A stretch of 64,000 nucleotides of DNA from a virus: positions 15,410 through 79,409 of IMG/VR virus record IMGVR_UViG_3300037847_007805; one strand, given 5' to 3'. Positions 37,727 through 46,870 of this stretch are shown piece after piece (the stretch's first letter is position 1; each line of letters begins with the position of its first letter). The notes below the pieces were generated by a model. It was given only the letters and a program-made list of their open reading frames with translations, made no database searches and was not told the DNA's origin. The translations under genes were made by a program, and so were the position numbers.

Positions 37727-38249
37727 CCCTGCTGATAAAGTAATACAAAACGTAATTTTTGAGAAACCCGAAGTCGTAGTAAAGATTTTGAGGGATAGCG
37801 GTGTGTCTGTATCTAACAGACCTACTCTTGATGAAATTACTGAAAAAACATTTGTAGAGGTTTACGATAAGCAGAACAAAGAGTTTGCTAAAAAGTTTGA
37901 TAGCTTAATCAAAACGGGTGAGTACAACAATGCTGTAGGTATTGTTCTAACTATTGCTTCAGGTATCTTTTCGGGTATCATGGGTTCAAGACAAGCAAGA
38001 AAGCAAAGGGCAACTATGGAAAGAATTGCTGTTGCTCAATTAGAAAATGATAAATTACTTGCCCAAGACCAAAACAGAATTTACGGAGAAACCGAAAGAA
38101 CTAAAATTTTAGCAAGTAGCTTACTCGATTATAGAGGTAAACTACAAGATGCTTCCACAGAAAGACAAAAAAATGTTTATTATTACTTGATTGCCCTTGG
38201 ATTAGGAATATCAATTATTTATGGTACAAACTTATTATTAGCTGACTAA
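37713..38249 (+). CDS. Virion membrane protein of the 16280 family with YNNAVG motif
   Basis: PEVVVKILRDSG domain, EYNNAVG followed by a hydrophobic helix, C-terminal TM. Confidence 0.65.
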   Translation: MKVIDPADKVIQNVIFEKPEVVVKILRDSGVSVSNRPTLDEITEKTFVEVYDKQNKEFAKKFDSLIKTGEYNNAVGIVLTIASGIFSGIMGSRQARKQRATMERIAVAQLENDKLLAQDQNRIYGETERTKILASSLLDYRGKLQDASTERQKNVYYYLIALGLGISIIYGTNLLLAD

Positions 38250-38590
38250 TGGCAAAGCAAGGTGGATTTGACGTAGGTAATTTAGCGGGTACTTTAATTA
38301 GTACCTTTATTGGTATTGGCTTTGCTAAAAATGATGCTAAAAAACAGCGACAGCTTCAAGAAAAGATAGCAAATATGTCGCTTGAAAATCAACAAGCAAT
38401 CGCTAATAGATTAGCAGAGGCACAAACAAACATTGAAAAACAAAGAATAGCTTTTCAAATTTTAGCACTTGAAAACAACGCTAATTTAGTAAGAGAATTA
38501 GAGGGAGAAAAAAATAAATCATTAATTGTTCTTGGTGTTGGTGCTATCGCACTTGCAGTTGTTATAGTTTTAGCAAAATTTAAAAAGTAG
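38249..38590 (+). CDS. Membrane protein (hydrophobic helix, coil, C-terminal anchor)
   Basis: Resembles the C-terminal half of the 37713 and 16953 proteins. Confidence 0.65.
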   Translation: MAKQGGFDVGNLAGTLISTFIGIGFAKNDAKKQRQLQEKIANMSLENQQAIANRLAEAQTNIEKQRIAFQILALENNANLVRELEGEKNKSLIVLGVGAIALAVVIVLAKFKK

Positions 38591-38595
38591 ATATT

Positions 38596-38802
38596 ATGAG
38601 CCAAAGAGTAGGAGATTTTGGAAGTGAACTTATGAGTTGTGGAAACGATAGTGAAATTAAAAAATATGGTTCAGAACAAGCGTGTAGGGAAGCAAAACTA
38701 TTTCCAAATAAAAAGAAATCTGAAAAGGTAAGTAAACAATATCTTATGTATGGTCTTATAGCAGTAGCGGGATATTTCGCATACAAAAAATTTAAAAAAT
38801 AA
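38596..38802 (+). CDS. Small protein with C-terminal anchor
   Basis: IAVAGYFAYKKFKK, same anchor type as 17788 and 18065. Confidence 0.65.
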   Translation: MSQRVGDFGSELMSCGNDSEIKKYGSEQACREAKLFPNKKKSEKVSKQYLMYGLIAVAGYFAYKKFKK

Positions 38803-39146
38803 TGGACGGGCAAACTAAAAAACTTTTAATAGTAGTTGGAATAGCTGTATTAGTTCTATGGGTTACGAAACCAAAAAACAATATGGTAGATTCAATGAGA
38901 AAAGGTGGTTCTAAAAAATTAGATGCACCTAAAACTTTAGATTCAAAACTTGCTCAAGAACAGCATGAAGGTACAGTTGGTATTCAAGCGATGCGAAGTG
39001 CAATAGCAAATGGAGAAACGAAAAAAGAACTTGACAAACTAAATAGAATGCTTTTGAATGAAAATGGCATCAAAGTTTATGTAATGTCAAATGGTAAATT
39101 GTGTGCGAGAAACAGAAAGGGTAAAACAGTTGCAAAAGAAAAATAA
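38802..39146 (+). CDS. Membrane protein with N-terminal anchor
   Basis: KKLLIVVGIAVLVLWVTKPK. Confidence 0.65.
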   Translation: MDGQTKKLLIVVGIAVLVLWVTKPKNNMVDSMRKGGSKKLDAPKTLDSKLAQEQHEGTVGIQAMRSAIANGETKKELDKLNRMLLNENGIKVYVMSNGKLCARNRKGKTVAKEK

Positions 39147-39149
39147 TTT

Positions 39150-39692
39150 ATGGGAGTATATTCACCATCAACAACATCTTTTCCTAACGGGGTGGTTACT
39201 ATAGAAAGTGAAGATGACACTTTGTATAGCACCATTCAAGAAGCTGTTGCAGGTTCTCATAACTACCAAATCAATGAAATTTACCTAAAAGCAAACGACA
39301 TATCCCAAATCCTACAGCCGATTACTTTTCAAAAGTATGATTCAAATGGAGATATTCTTGAGGATAAAAGAGTTCCCACAGTAGACCCATTTTCATTTCA
39401 ACCTTCTATAAAAATAAATTTTAAAAACAAGGATTATATTTTAGATGGTCGCTTAGAAATAGATTATACAGTCAAAGGTGGAGAAGAAGTTTATTTCTAT
39501 TTAGATACGACTGTGTTAGACAATGGTGCATTACTTGGCGATGATAAAAGTATGCCGAAAGATTTTTTGAAAACATATAATTTTTTCCAAGATTACGGAA
39601 AAGAAATAGAAATTGATTTTAGTTATGACGAAAGGGCAATACCTGAATGCACAGACCAAGAGGCGAGTGATTTCAGGACTGAAAACAGGTGA
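39150..39692 (+). CDS. Paralog of the candidate capsid protein (second or minor capsid protein)
   Basis: QILQPI...DSNG...VPTVDP...YILDG aligns with QILETI...DANG...VPTIDP...YRIDG of 15128. Confidence 0.65.
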   Translation: MGVYSPSTTSFPNGVVTIESEDDTLYSTIQEAVAGSHNYQINEIYLKANDISQILQPITFQKYDSNGDILEDKRVPTVDPFSFQPSIKINFKNKDYILDGRLEIDYTVKGGEEVYFYLDTTVLDNGALLGDDKSMPKDFLKTYNFFQDYGKEIEIDFSYDERAIPECTDQEASDFRTENR

Positions 39693-40077
39693 TTTAGTTA
39701 AACTTCGTTCAGAATACATTTTTTTGCCTTTTGTATTTCACTATGGAATCATAAGTTTAGAAGATGGTAAAATATATATTTACCACTCAATTACCGACAA
39801 AGAAAATAAACATGGTGGTAATTTAGTAAGAGAAGATTTTGAGCAAGTAATAAAAGGTAGAGAAATTTTAGCTGTAGAAAGTTTAGATATAAAAAAAGAA
39901 AATTTTTATAATACCTTAGATAAATTACAAAAAAGAAAATATGATGTGTTTACAAATAACTGTGAGCATTTTGTTAATTTTATAAAAGAAAAAAGATTTG
40001 TTTCAAATCAACTTAAAACTTGGGGTTTAGCAGTTTCCCTTGGGATAGTTGTATATTTATTTATTAAGAAAAAATGA
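39625..40077 (+). CDS. LRAT/H-rev107-like permuted NlpC/P60 enzyme with C-terminal anchor
   Basis: GDLV...FHYGI...IYH...YDVFTNNCEHFV. Confidence 0.8.
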   Translation: MTKGQYLNAQTKRRVISGLKTGDLVKLRSEYIFLPFVFHYGIISLEDGKIYIYHSITDKENKHGGNLVREDFEQVIKGREILAVESLDIKKENFYNTLDKLQKRKYDVFTNNCEHFVNFIKEKRFVSNQLKTWGLAVSLGIVVYLFIKKK

Positions 40078-41549
40078 GTTACAAAGAAGCCATAAGTTTA
40101 AAACTAACAAATAACACTTCTATTGACCAACCCATTGGAATACTTGGGGGGCAATCTTCTACATATCAAAACTCAAATAATAACATTTTAGTTGAGTGGG
40201 ATTTAGCAGGTGAAACTTTTTCTGCCACAACTGTTACTCTTGATACTACTGTGCCTGTTACGGTAGATTTGCCTTCTCAAAACATACAGGGAGTAGTAGA
40301 AGCGTTAAATACAACAGATAAAGCTATCTTTACTACTTCAGGAACAAAAGTTTATGCAACATCTTTAAGAGATAGTAGTGTTCAATCCGCAGATATAAGT
40401 GTTGGTACAAGTGGAACATATTTAGCAAAGGTTTTAGGAACAACTGCCGATAGTGTTAATTTTACTCAATTTTCTCCGTCATCTGTAATTAGTGCATTTG
40501 AAAGTGCCACAACAAATACAGGAACAACTTTATACATAGACCCAAGTGATACAATTACTGTAGGGACACAGCTTTATGATGATTCTTTTGGAAATACCGC
40601 ATCAACAGTAACGCAGTTTGCAACTCAAGGACTTGGCTCTAACCCAAATGTGCTTACTATTCATAATGGAATTATAACAGAAGTAACTCCCCGAGGTAAC
40701 TTAACTAATAATTTTTCGAGGGATATAACTGCGATGCCTAATTTTAATAAATCTACAGTTTTTACAGGAACTACGGGGCAGACGGGTAAATTCATAAAAC
40801 AATGGGTGCTTTCAACAAATGGTAAATATGTATTTGCCATTGAAGATAATGCTGTAATTTACAGATGGACATTTACAACCGCATGGGATTTTTCGACATT
40901 TGATAATACTTCAACTACCTCGCTTGACTTAACAGGTCTTGATGGTTCTGTAGGCACTCAAAAAGGATTGGCTATAAACCCCATTGGAAATAAATTATAT
41001 TTTTATGATAATGGTAATGGTGGCTATAGAAGTGTTAGTTTAAGCACTCCGTTTGATTTATCAACTGCTACGTTAGATAGTTTTACAGCTAACGTAAGTA
41101 CAGCAAGACAAATTTGTTGGAATAATGATGGCACATCTTTAGTGGGTATTGATAAAACTGCGGGTATTAATATAAGTGCTTATTCAACACCTTTTGATTT
41201 ATCTTCATATCAATCTAATCAGAATGAGCCGACTATGACAACCTACATAAACCCCTCAAAAAGTAATGCATCATGTGAGAGTTTAATTATTTCGCCTGAT
41301 GGGACTAAATGGTATGTACTGTTTTTCGCTGTTGGTACTCCGAATGAATTTGAAACCATACAGGTAGATATTAGTAGTTATAGCGATATAACAACACTAA
41401 ACCAAACAGACAACAATAGGCAATTCGATGGAATATCAGAGGTTACAAATGGCTTGTGGTGGAATGAAAATCAAACTGAATTATTTTTCCACCAATCAGC
41501 AAATGGTGGTGATAATGATATTTATAGAGTTGATTTCCCTGCACCTTAA
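40074..41549 (+). CDS. Putative spike or vertex protein with C-terminal beta-propeller
   Basis: Repeats WDFST, PFDLST, PFDLSS with NPIGNKLY and SPDGTKWY blades; Thr-rich N-terminal half. Confidence 0.55.
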   Translation: MSYKEAISLKLTNNTSIDQPIGILGGQSSTYQNSNNNILVEWDLAGETFSATTVTLDTTVPVTVDLPSQNIQGVVEALNTTDKAIFTTSGTKVYATSLRDSSVQSADISVGTSGTYLAKVLGTTADSVNFTQFSPSSVISAFESATTNTGTTLYIDPSDTITVGTQLYDDSFGNTASTVTQFATQGLGSNPNVLTIHNGIITEVTPRGNLTNNFSRDITAMPNFNKSTVFTGTTGQTGKFIKQWVLSTNGKYVFAIEDNAVIYRWTFTTAWDFSTFDNTSTTSLDLTGLDGSVGTQKGLAINPIGNKLYFYDNGNGGYRSVSLSTPFDLSTATLDSFTANVSTARQICWNNDGTSLVGIDKTAGINISAYSTPFDLSSYQSNQNEPTMTTYINPSKSNASCESLIISPDGTKWYVLFFAVGTPNEFETIQVDISSYSDITTLNQTDNNRQFDGISEVTNGLWWNENQTELFFHQSANGGDNDIYRVDFPAP

Positions 41550-42349
41550 AATTCATCATCTATATCCAACGATTTGGTAAGGTTAGAATATAATGGGTTT
41601 TTACCAACCATTTTCCCTCTAATAAGATTTACGTTGTCAGATTCATCAACAACTATATAATCGCCACCCTCAACATGGTCATCATAAGAAATGGCTTTTT
41701 GTAACTTTAAATCTTCTTTTGGCAGGGTTTTACTTAATTGTTTTAGGACTATTTTTTTTACAGTCCAATACTGTGGGTCTTTAGTATCATTAAAATATAA
41801 ATGATTTGGAGTTTTTTGCATTTTAATAATTTGAGAAATTTCTGTTTTAGACATCACTTTAAATACAATATCGTCATCATTTAGCTTTACACAAGCATAA
41901 ATGTATTTTATATTTTCAGCTTTTTTTACAGCTTTTTCGGAAGGTATGTGGGTTAGCTTCGGGTTAATTCCTAATTCGTACTCGAAGTCATCACCCTCAA
42001 AAACTACCTCTGTCCAAACTTTTTTTATCTTATTGCTACGATATAATAAAGTGATAAGCCCCTTGTAACCAATTATAGGGTTTATGGAGTTTTTAAAAGG
42101 TATGAAGAAAAACTCACCAACCAACTCACTTGGATTTAACCCTAACTCGGCACAATGCAAAATAGATGCAAATAATGATGCAGGATTTTTTTGAAATGCT
42201 GATTGAAGCTGTGGACTTCTTTTCAGTTCCGTTATCATAATCTGCTTGAATTTCGCAGGACTTATTGGACTATCCTCAAGAAGTTCAGTAAAGTTTTTCT
42301 TTTCATATTTTTCTATTGTGTTTTGAAAATTTGTTATAAGTTCTTTCAT
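41546..42349 (-). CDS. recT: RecT-family ssDNA annealing recombinase
   Basis: AELGLNP...FFIPF...IIGYKGLI.L..RS...V.EGDDFEYELG...KKIVLKQL.K.LP. Confidence 0.9.
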   Translation of the reverse strand: MKELITNFQNTIEKYEKKNFTELLEDSPISPAKFKQIMITELKRSPQLQSAFQKNPASLFASILHCAELGLNPSELVGEFFFIPFKNSINPIIGYKGLITLLYRSNKIKKVWTEVVFEGDDFEYELGINPKLTHIPSEKAVKKAENIKYIYACVKLNDDDIVFKVMSKTEISQIIKMQKTPNHLYFNDTKDPQYWTVKKIVLKQLSKTLPKEDLKLQKAISYDDHVEGGDYIVVDESDNVNLIRGKMVGKNPLYSNLTKSLDIDDEF

Positions 42350-42361
42350 CTTTAGTTTTTG

Positions 42362-42586
42362 TTACGTTAATTTTTCATGTTCAAGTCGTATAGCATCAGA
42401 GATTTTTTTGTTTTTCTTTTTTATTTCTCTGTCTATTCGATTTATTTCTTTAAATAACTTTTCTCCGTCCATTATAGGTAAAGGAGTTTTAATCAAAAAA
42501 TTTTTAAGAGATTTTTTATATCTCTCTAAGGCGATTATTTTTAATTCGTGTCTAAACACTTTGGCACTTGCTTTTTCTAAATACAT
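42362..42586 (-). CDS. Hypothetical protein
   Basis: 74-aa ORF in operon. Confidence 0.5.
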   Translation of the reverse strand: MYLEKASAKVFRHELKIIALERYKKSLKNFLIKTPLPIMDGEKLFKEINRIDREIKKKNKKISDAIRLEHEKLT

Positions 42587-42588
42587 AA

Positions 42589-43383
42589 TTAATAATATAC
42601 TGTATCAATTAAGGGTAATCGAGTAGCATATTCACAATCCTCAAACAAAGGACATTGTGTGCAGTTTTTAAGGCTTGGTTTGGCTTTAAAAATCTTATCT
42701 AACGGATTACTATTGATTTGGTTATATACGAAGGCTACGTTGTTCTTATGAAGTTCTAATGTGGATTCATCAATAACTTGTTTTATGATTTTTGCTTGTT
42801 TTGGGTTTGATTGTGAAAAAACAAAGTAATAAAAGTCAAAATCTTCAGGTTCATGATTTAAACAATCTTTTGCCAACAGGGTGTATTGAACCCCCTGTAT
42901 CATTAATTTATGCTTTTCTGTTAATGAGTTTGTTTCCCAACCCCTTTCGTCCCATTTGTTATCTATAAGACCACTATATTTTAAATCTATGAAGCAGAAC
43001 CTATCGTTCCATTTTGCATAAATATCTGCAATCCCATTCATTTGTTCATTTTTCAATGAAAGCCCTACGTCAATAATTTCTATTCCATATTCTTTTACAA
43101 TATCTTTAAAGTAAGAAGCACTATCTTCTGCCCTTTGAAAAGGTGCAGACAATTTTTCACGGGCTGTTCCTTTATAGCTTATTTTAGGTTCAGGAACTTT
43201 TCCGTTTCTTGGTAAAGCCCCTGTGCATTTATATTCAAAATAGTTACCTAAGTCCATAGCTTCACTACTTGGAAACTCTACACCCTCAAAATACTTTGCT
43301 TTTATTTGTAAACCACAAACATCTACGAAATCAGATTTATAATCTGAAAAATCTTTTAAAAATGATTGGCTTATTCTATGCAT
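42589..43383 (-). CDS. PD-(D/E)xK exonuclease, Cas4/RecE-like partner of RecT
   Basis: GIADI...FIDLKY...QxxxY; N-terminal Cys plus C-terminal CxxCPxxxxC. Confidence 0.75.
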   Translation of the reverse strand: MHRISQSFLKDFSDYKSDFVDVCGLQIKAKYFEGVEFPSSEAMDLGNYFEYKCTGALPRNGKVPEPKISYKGTAREKLSAPFQRAEDSASYFKDIVKEYGIEIIDVGLSLKNEQMNGIADIYAKWNDRFCFIDLKYSGLIDNKWDERGWETNSLTEKHKLMIQGVQYTLLAKDCLNHEPEDFDFYYFVFSQSNPKQAKIIKQVIDESTLELHKNNVAFVYNQINSNPLDKIFKAKPSLKNCTQCPLFEDCEYATRLPLIDTVYY

Positions 43384-43681
43384 TATTTATTTTTTTAAAT
43401 TCATTTTCTTCAATCCAACCATCTGAAGTTACATCTGTTCCAACCCAAATGTGATTTTTACCATGTCTTTTTCTTTCTGAAACTCCTTTTACAGGCATTT
43501 CAATCCTTACATCTTCAAGAGTTCTCAAGTCAAGAACATCTGTTTTATTTGCCAATTCGTTTAACATATTATCTGCTTCATCTTTTGAGTATGCTTCCAT
43601 AATCACAGGTTTTGGGTTACCCATAAAGTAATACTTATAGAATTTCACTTTTGGTTTTGACCAATCCTTCATATTTCTCAT
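43376..43681 (-). CDS. Hypothetical protein
   Basis: 101-aa ORF in operon. Confidence 0.55.
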   Translation of the reverse strand: MRNMKDWSKPKVKFYKYYFMGNPKPVIMEAYSKDEADNMLNELANKTDVLDLRTLEDVRIEMPVKGVSERKRHGKNHIWVGTDVTSDGWIEENEFKKINNA

Positions 43682-43868
43682 TTAATTGATTATATAAAAC
43701 GTAGGTGAGGATTCCTGTTTCTCTAAATTTATCATCGCCTGATGTTTTAATGTGAAAATTATAGAAATTTTCAATTAAACGAACCAAACCCTCGTAATGT
43801 TCATTGCAATTACGATTTGAACGAATTATTGCAGATATTTTCTCAAAGTGTTGTACAAGTTGTTCCAT
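43635..43868 (-). CDS. Hypothetical protein
   Basis: 77-aa ORF. Confidence 0.5.
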   Translation of the reverse strand: MEQLVQHFEKISAIIRSNRNCNEHYEGLVRLIENFYNFHIKTSGDDKFRETGILTYVLYNQLNEKYEGLVKTKSEIL

Positions 43869-43928
43869 TTCGTGTTAATTTTGATTTACCCTGTATTGTG
43901 TCTAATTAGGGTAATTAGTTTCTTGGAT

Positions 43929-43959
43929 AGCGGGTCGCTTTATGCGACCTGCTTTTTTT
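43929..43959 (+). terminator. GC-rich hairpin with T tract (terminator-like, + orientation)
   Basis: AGCGGGTCGC-TTTAT-GCGACCTGCT-TTTTTT, intergenic. Confidence 0.55.
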
Positions 43960-44356
43960 ATACACATAGTTTATATTTATTTTCATAGTATTTTTTAATT
44001 CCATAAGACAGTAAAACCTTTTTCATAAGTAAAAACAAAAACTCTTTATCTTGTTTTTTTAAATCCATAAAAGTTTCTTTTACAATATCATCTTCAGATT
44101 GTTTGATTCCATAATAAAGTAATTCCATTAAAAACTCTGAAATTACTATTTCCTTTATAGGAAGTTCCTCTGTCAGTTGCTCGGTAATCATTATGTCCTT
44201 AAAAAAGTGCATAAAATTACTATCCTTTAATAGACCATCTACCATAACAGCAGTATTCCTGTCCTCTTTCCTGTGTGCTATATCAAGCAAAGATTCAGTA
44301 GCCCTGTCATCTATCTGCTGAAAAAATACATTCCAATCTTTCTGTGTTATCATCAA
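43958..44356 (-). CDS. Hypothetical protein
   Basis: 132-aa ORF. Confidence 0.55.
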   Translation of the reverse strand: MMITQKDWNVFFQQIDDRATESLLDIAHRKEDRNTAVMVDGLLKDSNFMHFFKDIMITEQLTEELPIKEIVISEFLMELLYYGIKQSEDDIVKETFMDLKKQDKEFLFLLMKKVLLSYGIKKYYENKYKLCV

Positions 44357-44682
44357 AAATCCTTAAAGGCAAATGGTTTGCCTAAAGAATTATTTTTGCA
44401 GTAAGTTAAGAGTGCATTATAGTATTTTAAAGCATCTAAACGATTTTTCGCAACAACTTTCCCATAGAAAAACCAATAGTAATTACCATCGTTATCTAAT
44501 ACTCCAAATTTATAGTTTGTTTTTGAATTAAGAAAGAAATTTTCGTCAATTATGCTTAAAACAGCCATAGGATAGCCCCTTTCGACAAATTCGTTATACT
44601 CAAATTTGTGGGACAATTCTTCTTCAGTAAATGGTATGATTTTAAATTCCACTTCTGTCTTTATTTTAATTACACATGGCAA
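44353..44682 (-). CDS. Hypothetical protein (start uncertain)
   Basis: The TTG start overlaps a promoter-like element. Confidence 0.45.
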   Translation of the reverse strand: MPCVIKIKTEVEFKIIPFTEEELSHKFEYNEFVERGYPMAVLSIIDENFFLNSKTNYKFGVLDNDGNYYWFFYGKVVAKNRLDALKYYNALLTYCKNNSLGKPFAFKDF

Positions 44683-44687
44683 ATATA
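44680..44687 (-). promoter_or_regulatory. Bacteroidota-type -7 promoter element
   Basis: TATATTTG on the minus strand. Confidence 0.5.
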
Positions 44688-44753
44688 TAAAAAATTATTT
44701 TCTACAACAAAAATTATTTTACAAAATAAAATTATTATATAAAATAAAAATAT

Positions 44754-45461
44754 CTAATCTACTAACTGCTTGAATAACATATCTTTAGAGGTAAAGTATG
44801 CTGTAACTTTTTCTACGTTTTCAGGAGTATCTCTGTAATAAATACAGTCAGTTTTCCAACAATCAAAGTCATCACCAAGTAAAACAGAGCATTCGTACAT
44901 TAGCTGATAACAAAAATATCTTATGTATTTATAAATCATTCTTTTGTTTTCATCACCTTCATCAATACAAACCCTTTCTCCCATGTATTTACCATCAAAA
45001 CGGGTAAAATGTTTTTTCCTACCTAAAACAGATAAAGTTGCCAATCTAAGGGCTTTAGACGGGCTTTTAAGACCTTTTTCATAAGTATCTTCACTTATTA
45101 TTCCTTTAATCATAGCTATTCTCCAATAAGCATGGTCGAGGTCAGTTCCTGTAACTTTGCCTTTATTGTGGTCGAAATCAAGATTATATTTAGTTACTTC
45201 GTGTTTAGGTGGTAATGCAATCTTTTTTCTTCCTTTCAACCATTTAGTTACATCTCTATTGACACTTTTAAACATAAATAAATAGTTGCGAGGGAAATTT
45301 TTTGAGTGAGGAAAGTAAAACATTGTATTCTCAAAAATAATTTGAGTGGATTCAGATGTTTTTTTTAAGAAGAATTTTGTGTTTTTATTTTTTAAAGTCC
45401 TAATTAATCTATTAGGATTTGAAAACATCATTTTAGTTATTTCATAGTTAAATGAACTCAT
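44754..45461 (-). CDS. Minimal family-B DNA polymerase palm-like protein (no exonuclease domain)
   Basis: Motif A-like GTDLDHAYW, motif B-like KALRLATLSVLG, motif C-like WKTDCIYY. Confidence 0.5.
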   Translation of the reverse strand: MSSFNYEITKMMFSNPNRLIRTLKNKNTKFFLKKTSESTQIIFENTMFYFPHSKNFPRNYLFMFKSVNRDVTKWLKGRKKIALPPKHEVTKYNLDFDHNKGKVTGTDLDHAYWRIAMIKGIISEDTYEKGLKSPSKALRLATLSVLGRKKHFTRFDGKYMGERVCIDEGDENKRMIYKYIRYFCYQLMYECSVLLGDDFDCWKTDCIYYRDTPENVEKVTAYFTSKDMLFKQLVD

Positions 45462-45476
45462 TGTGTCTAATAAGTT

Positions 45477-46361
45477 TTATATTATTCCCCCTTCATCAAA
45501 CATTTCTTCTATTTCTTTTACAGCTTTTCTGTATTCAGCTTTTGTTTTAAGACCAAGTTTAAATTCTTCTAACAGTATTTCTTTTGCTCTATTTTTATCT
45601 GCAAGTGGGGTTCTTTGCCTTGTAGGTTTTTTAACAGTTTCTTTTTTTGATTTCGTTGGTCTTTTTTGTGTTTTTGCTTTTTTTAATCTTTCTCTTTTAG
45701 TTTGCTTTTTCTTTGATTGAACTTTTTTGATACGTTCTACCCTTCCTGTATCTTCTACAGGCACTTCTCTTTCCTGTGCAACTTGACCTTCTTCATCTAA
45801 AAGTTTTGTTCCATCAGATAAAACAAAATCAATAAAATAAGAACAGTTTGAGCCATCATCTTTTTTGTTTGGAACAACTTTTATAATTCCTTCAAACACA
45901 AGTCCACTTTTGTTATCTACAAATTGTCTTATGTTTTCTACAATAGGCTGAACCTCTATTTCGATATTTATGTTTTGAACTTGGTCAATTCTTGTTCTGC
46001 CAAATTCTGAACCCCCATTTACTCTGACTTGAACATTTTGTGGAAGCCCTTGTAGTGTATTTTCTATTTCCCACCACTCTAAAGAAATTATATCAGCTTT
46101 ATTTACAGCGAAAACAGAAAAACAAGGAGAAACTTTTTTTGGTGCTGTTAAGCCTAATGCTAATTCAACCTCTTTTTTAATATCAGCAACTTTGACTTGG
46201 TTTACTGACTTTCCTTTAAATTTAGGATATACATTAGCCGAAGTCCATTTTTGGATTTCATTCCATTTTTCGGGTCTACCCTGCTTCTCAAATTCTTTTT
46301 TGACTTGCTTTGCACACTTGTTAAACAATCGCAAACCATTATTTTTGGGTAATTTCGGCAT
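45477..46361 (-). CDS. Basic hypothetical protein ending in FDEGGII
   Basis: Lys-rich C-terminal region; terminal FxxGG motif. Confidence 0.6.
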   Translation of the reverse strand: MPKLPKNNGLRLFNKCAKQVKKEFEKQGRPEKWNEIQKWTSANVYPKFKGKSVNQVKVADIKKEVELALGLTAPKKVSPCFSVFAVNKADIISLEWWEIENTLQGLPQNVQVRVNGGSEFGRTRIDQVQNINIEIEVQPIVENIRQFVDNKSGLVFEGIIKVVPNKKDDGSNCSYFIDFVLSDGTKLLDEEGQVAQEREVPVEDTGRVERIKKVQSKKKQTKRERLKKAKTQKRPTKSKKETVKKPTRQRTPLADKNRAKEILLEEFKLGLKTKAEYRKAVKEIEEMFDEGGII

Positions 46362-46469
46362 TTTTACCTTTAAGTATTAGGATTTAATAAAAGATTATCG
46401 TTATTTTGTTTTTCCAACGCAAGTTCCATTCATCATCGTTGGTTTTTGATTACACATAAAAGCCACTTG

Positions 46470-46757
46470 TTAATCCTCAATAGGTGGCTTTTTATATTTC
46501 TTTATTGATGATTTAGAAACCCCAAAATACTTCACAGCTTCATTGATAGAATTATCTTTACAAAACTGATAAATTTTTTCGGCAGTATCACTATCAATTC
46601 GGTTATTTTTAAACCCAATATCGGTTAAATCGTGCTTTTTGCAATGATAGTTTATTGTGCTTTTAGCACACTCTAATTCTTTGGCTATTTCATTGTAGGT
46701 TTTACCTTCCTCTCGAAGCGATAAAATCGCATTTTTTATTTGTCGTGGTCTTGCCAT
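46470..46757 (-). CDS. Double HTH DNA-binding protein
   Basis: GKTYNEIAKELECAKSTINYH and SINEAVKYFGVSKSSI. Confidence 0.75.
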   Translation of the reverse strand: MARPRQIKNAILSLREEGKTYNEIAKELECAKSTINYHCKKHDLTDIGFKNNRIDSDTAEKIYQFCKDNSINEAVKYFGVSKSSIKKYKKPPIED

Positions 46758-46870
46758 ATTTTGAATTTTTTAAGTTTCTTTAAAAGTTGGACTAAAGTAC
46801 GACTTTTTATAAAAGAGGCAAAAAAAAATAGACAAAAAATCTATTTTAATTTTTAGTATGTAACAAAAAT

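Noticed and set aside
42589-43383. Cas4-like nuclease as evidence of a CRISPR-Cas system
   Set aside because: No other cas genes or array are present, and its position beside recT fits a recombination exonuclease.
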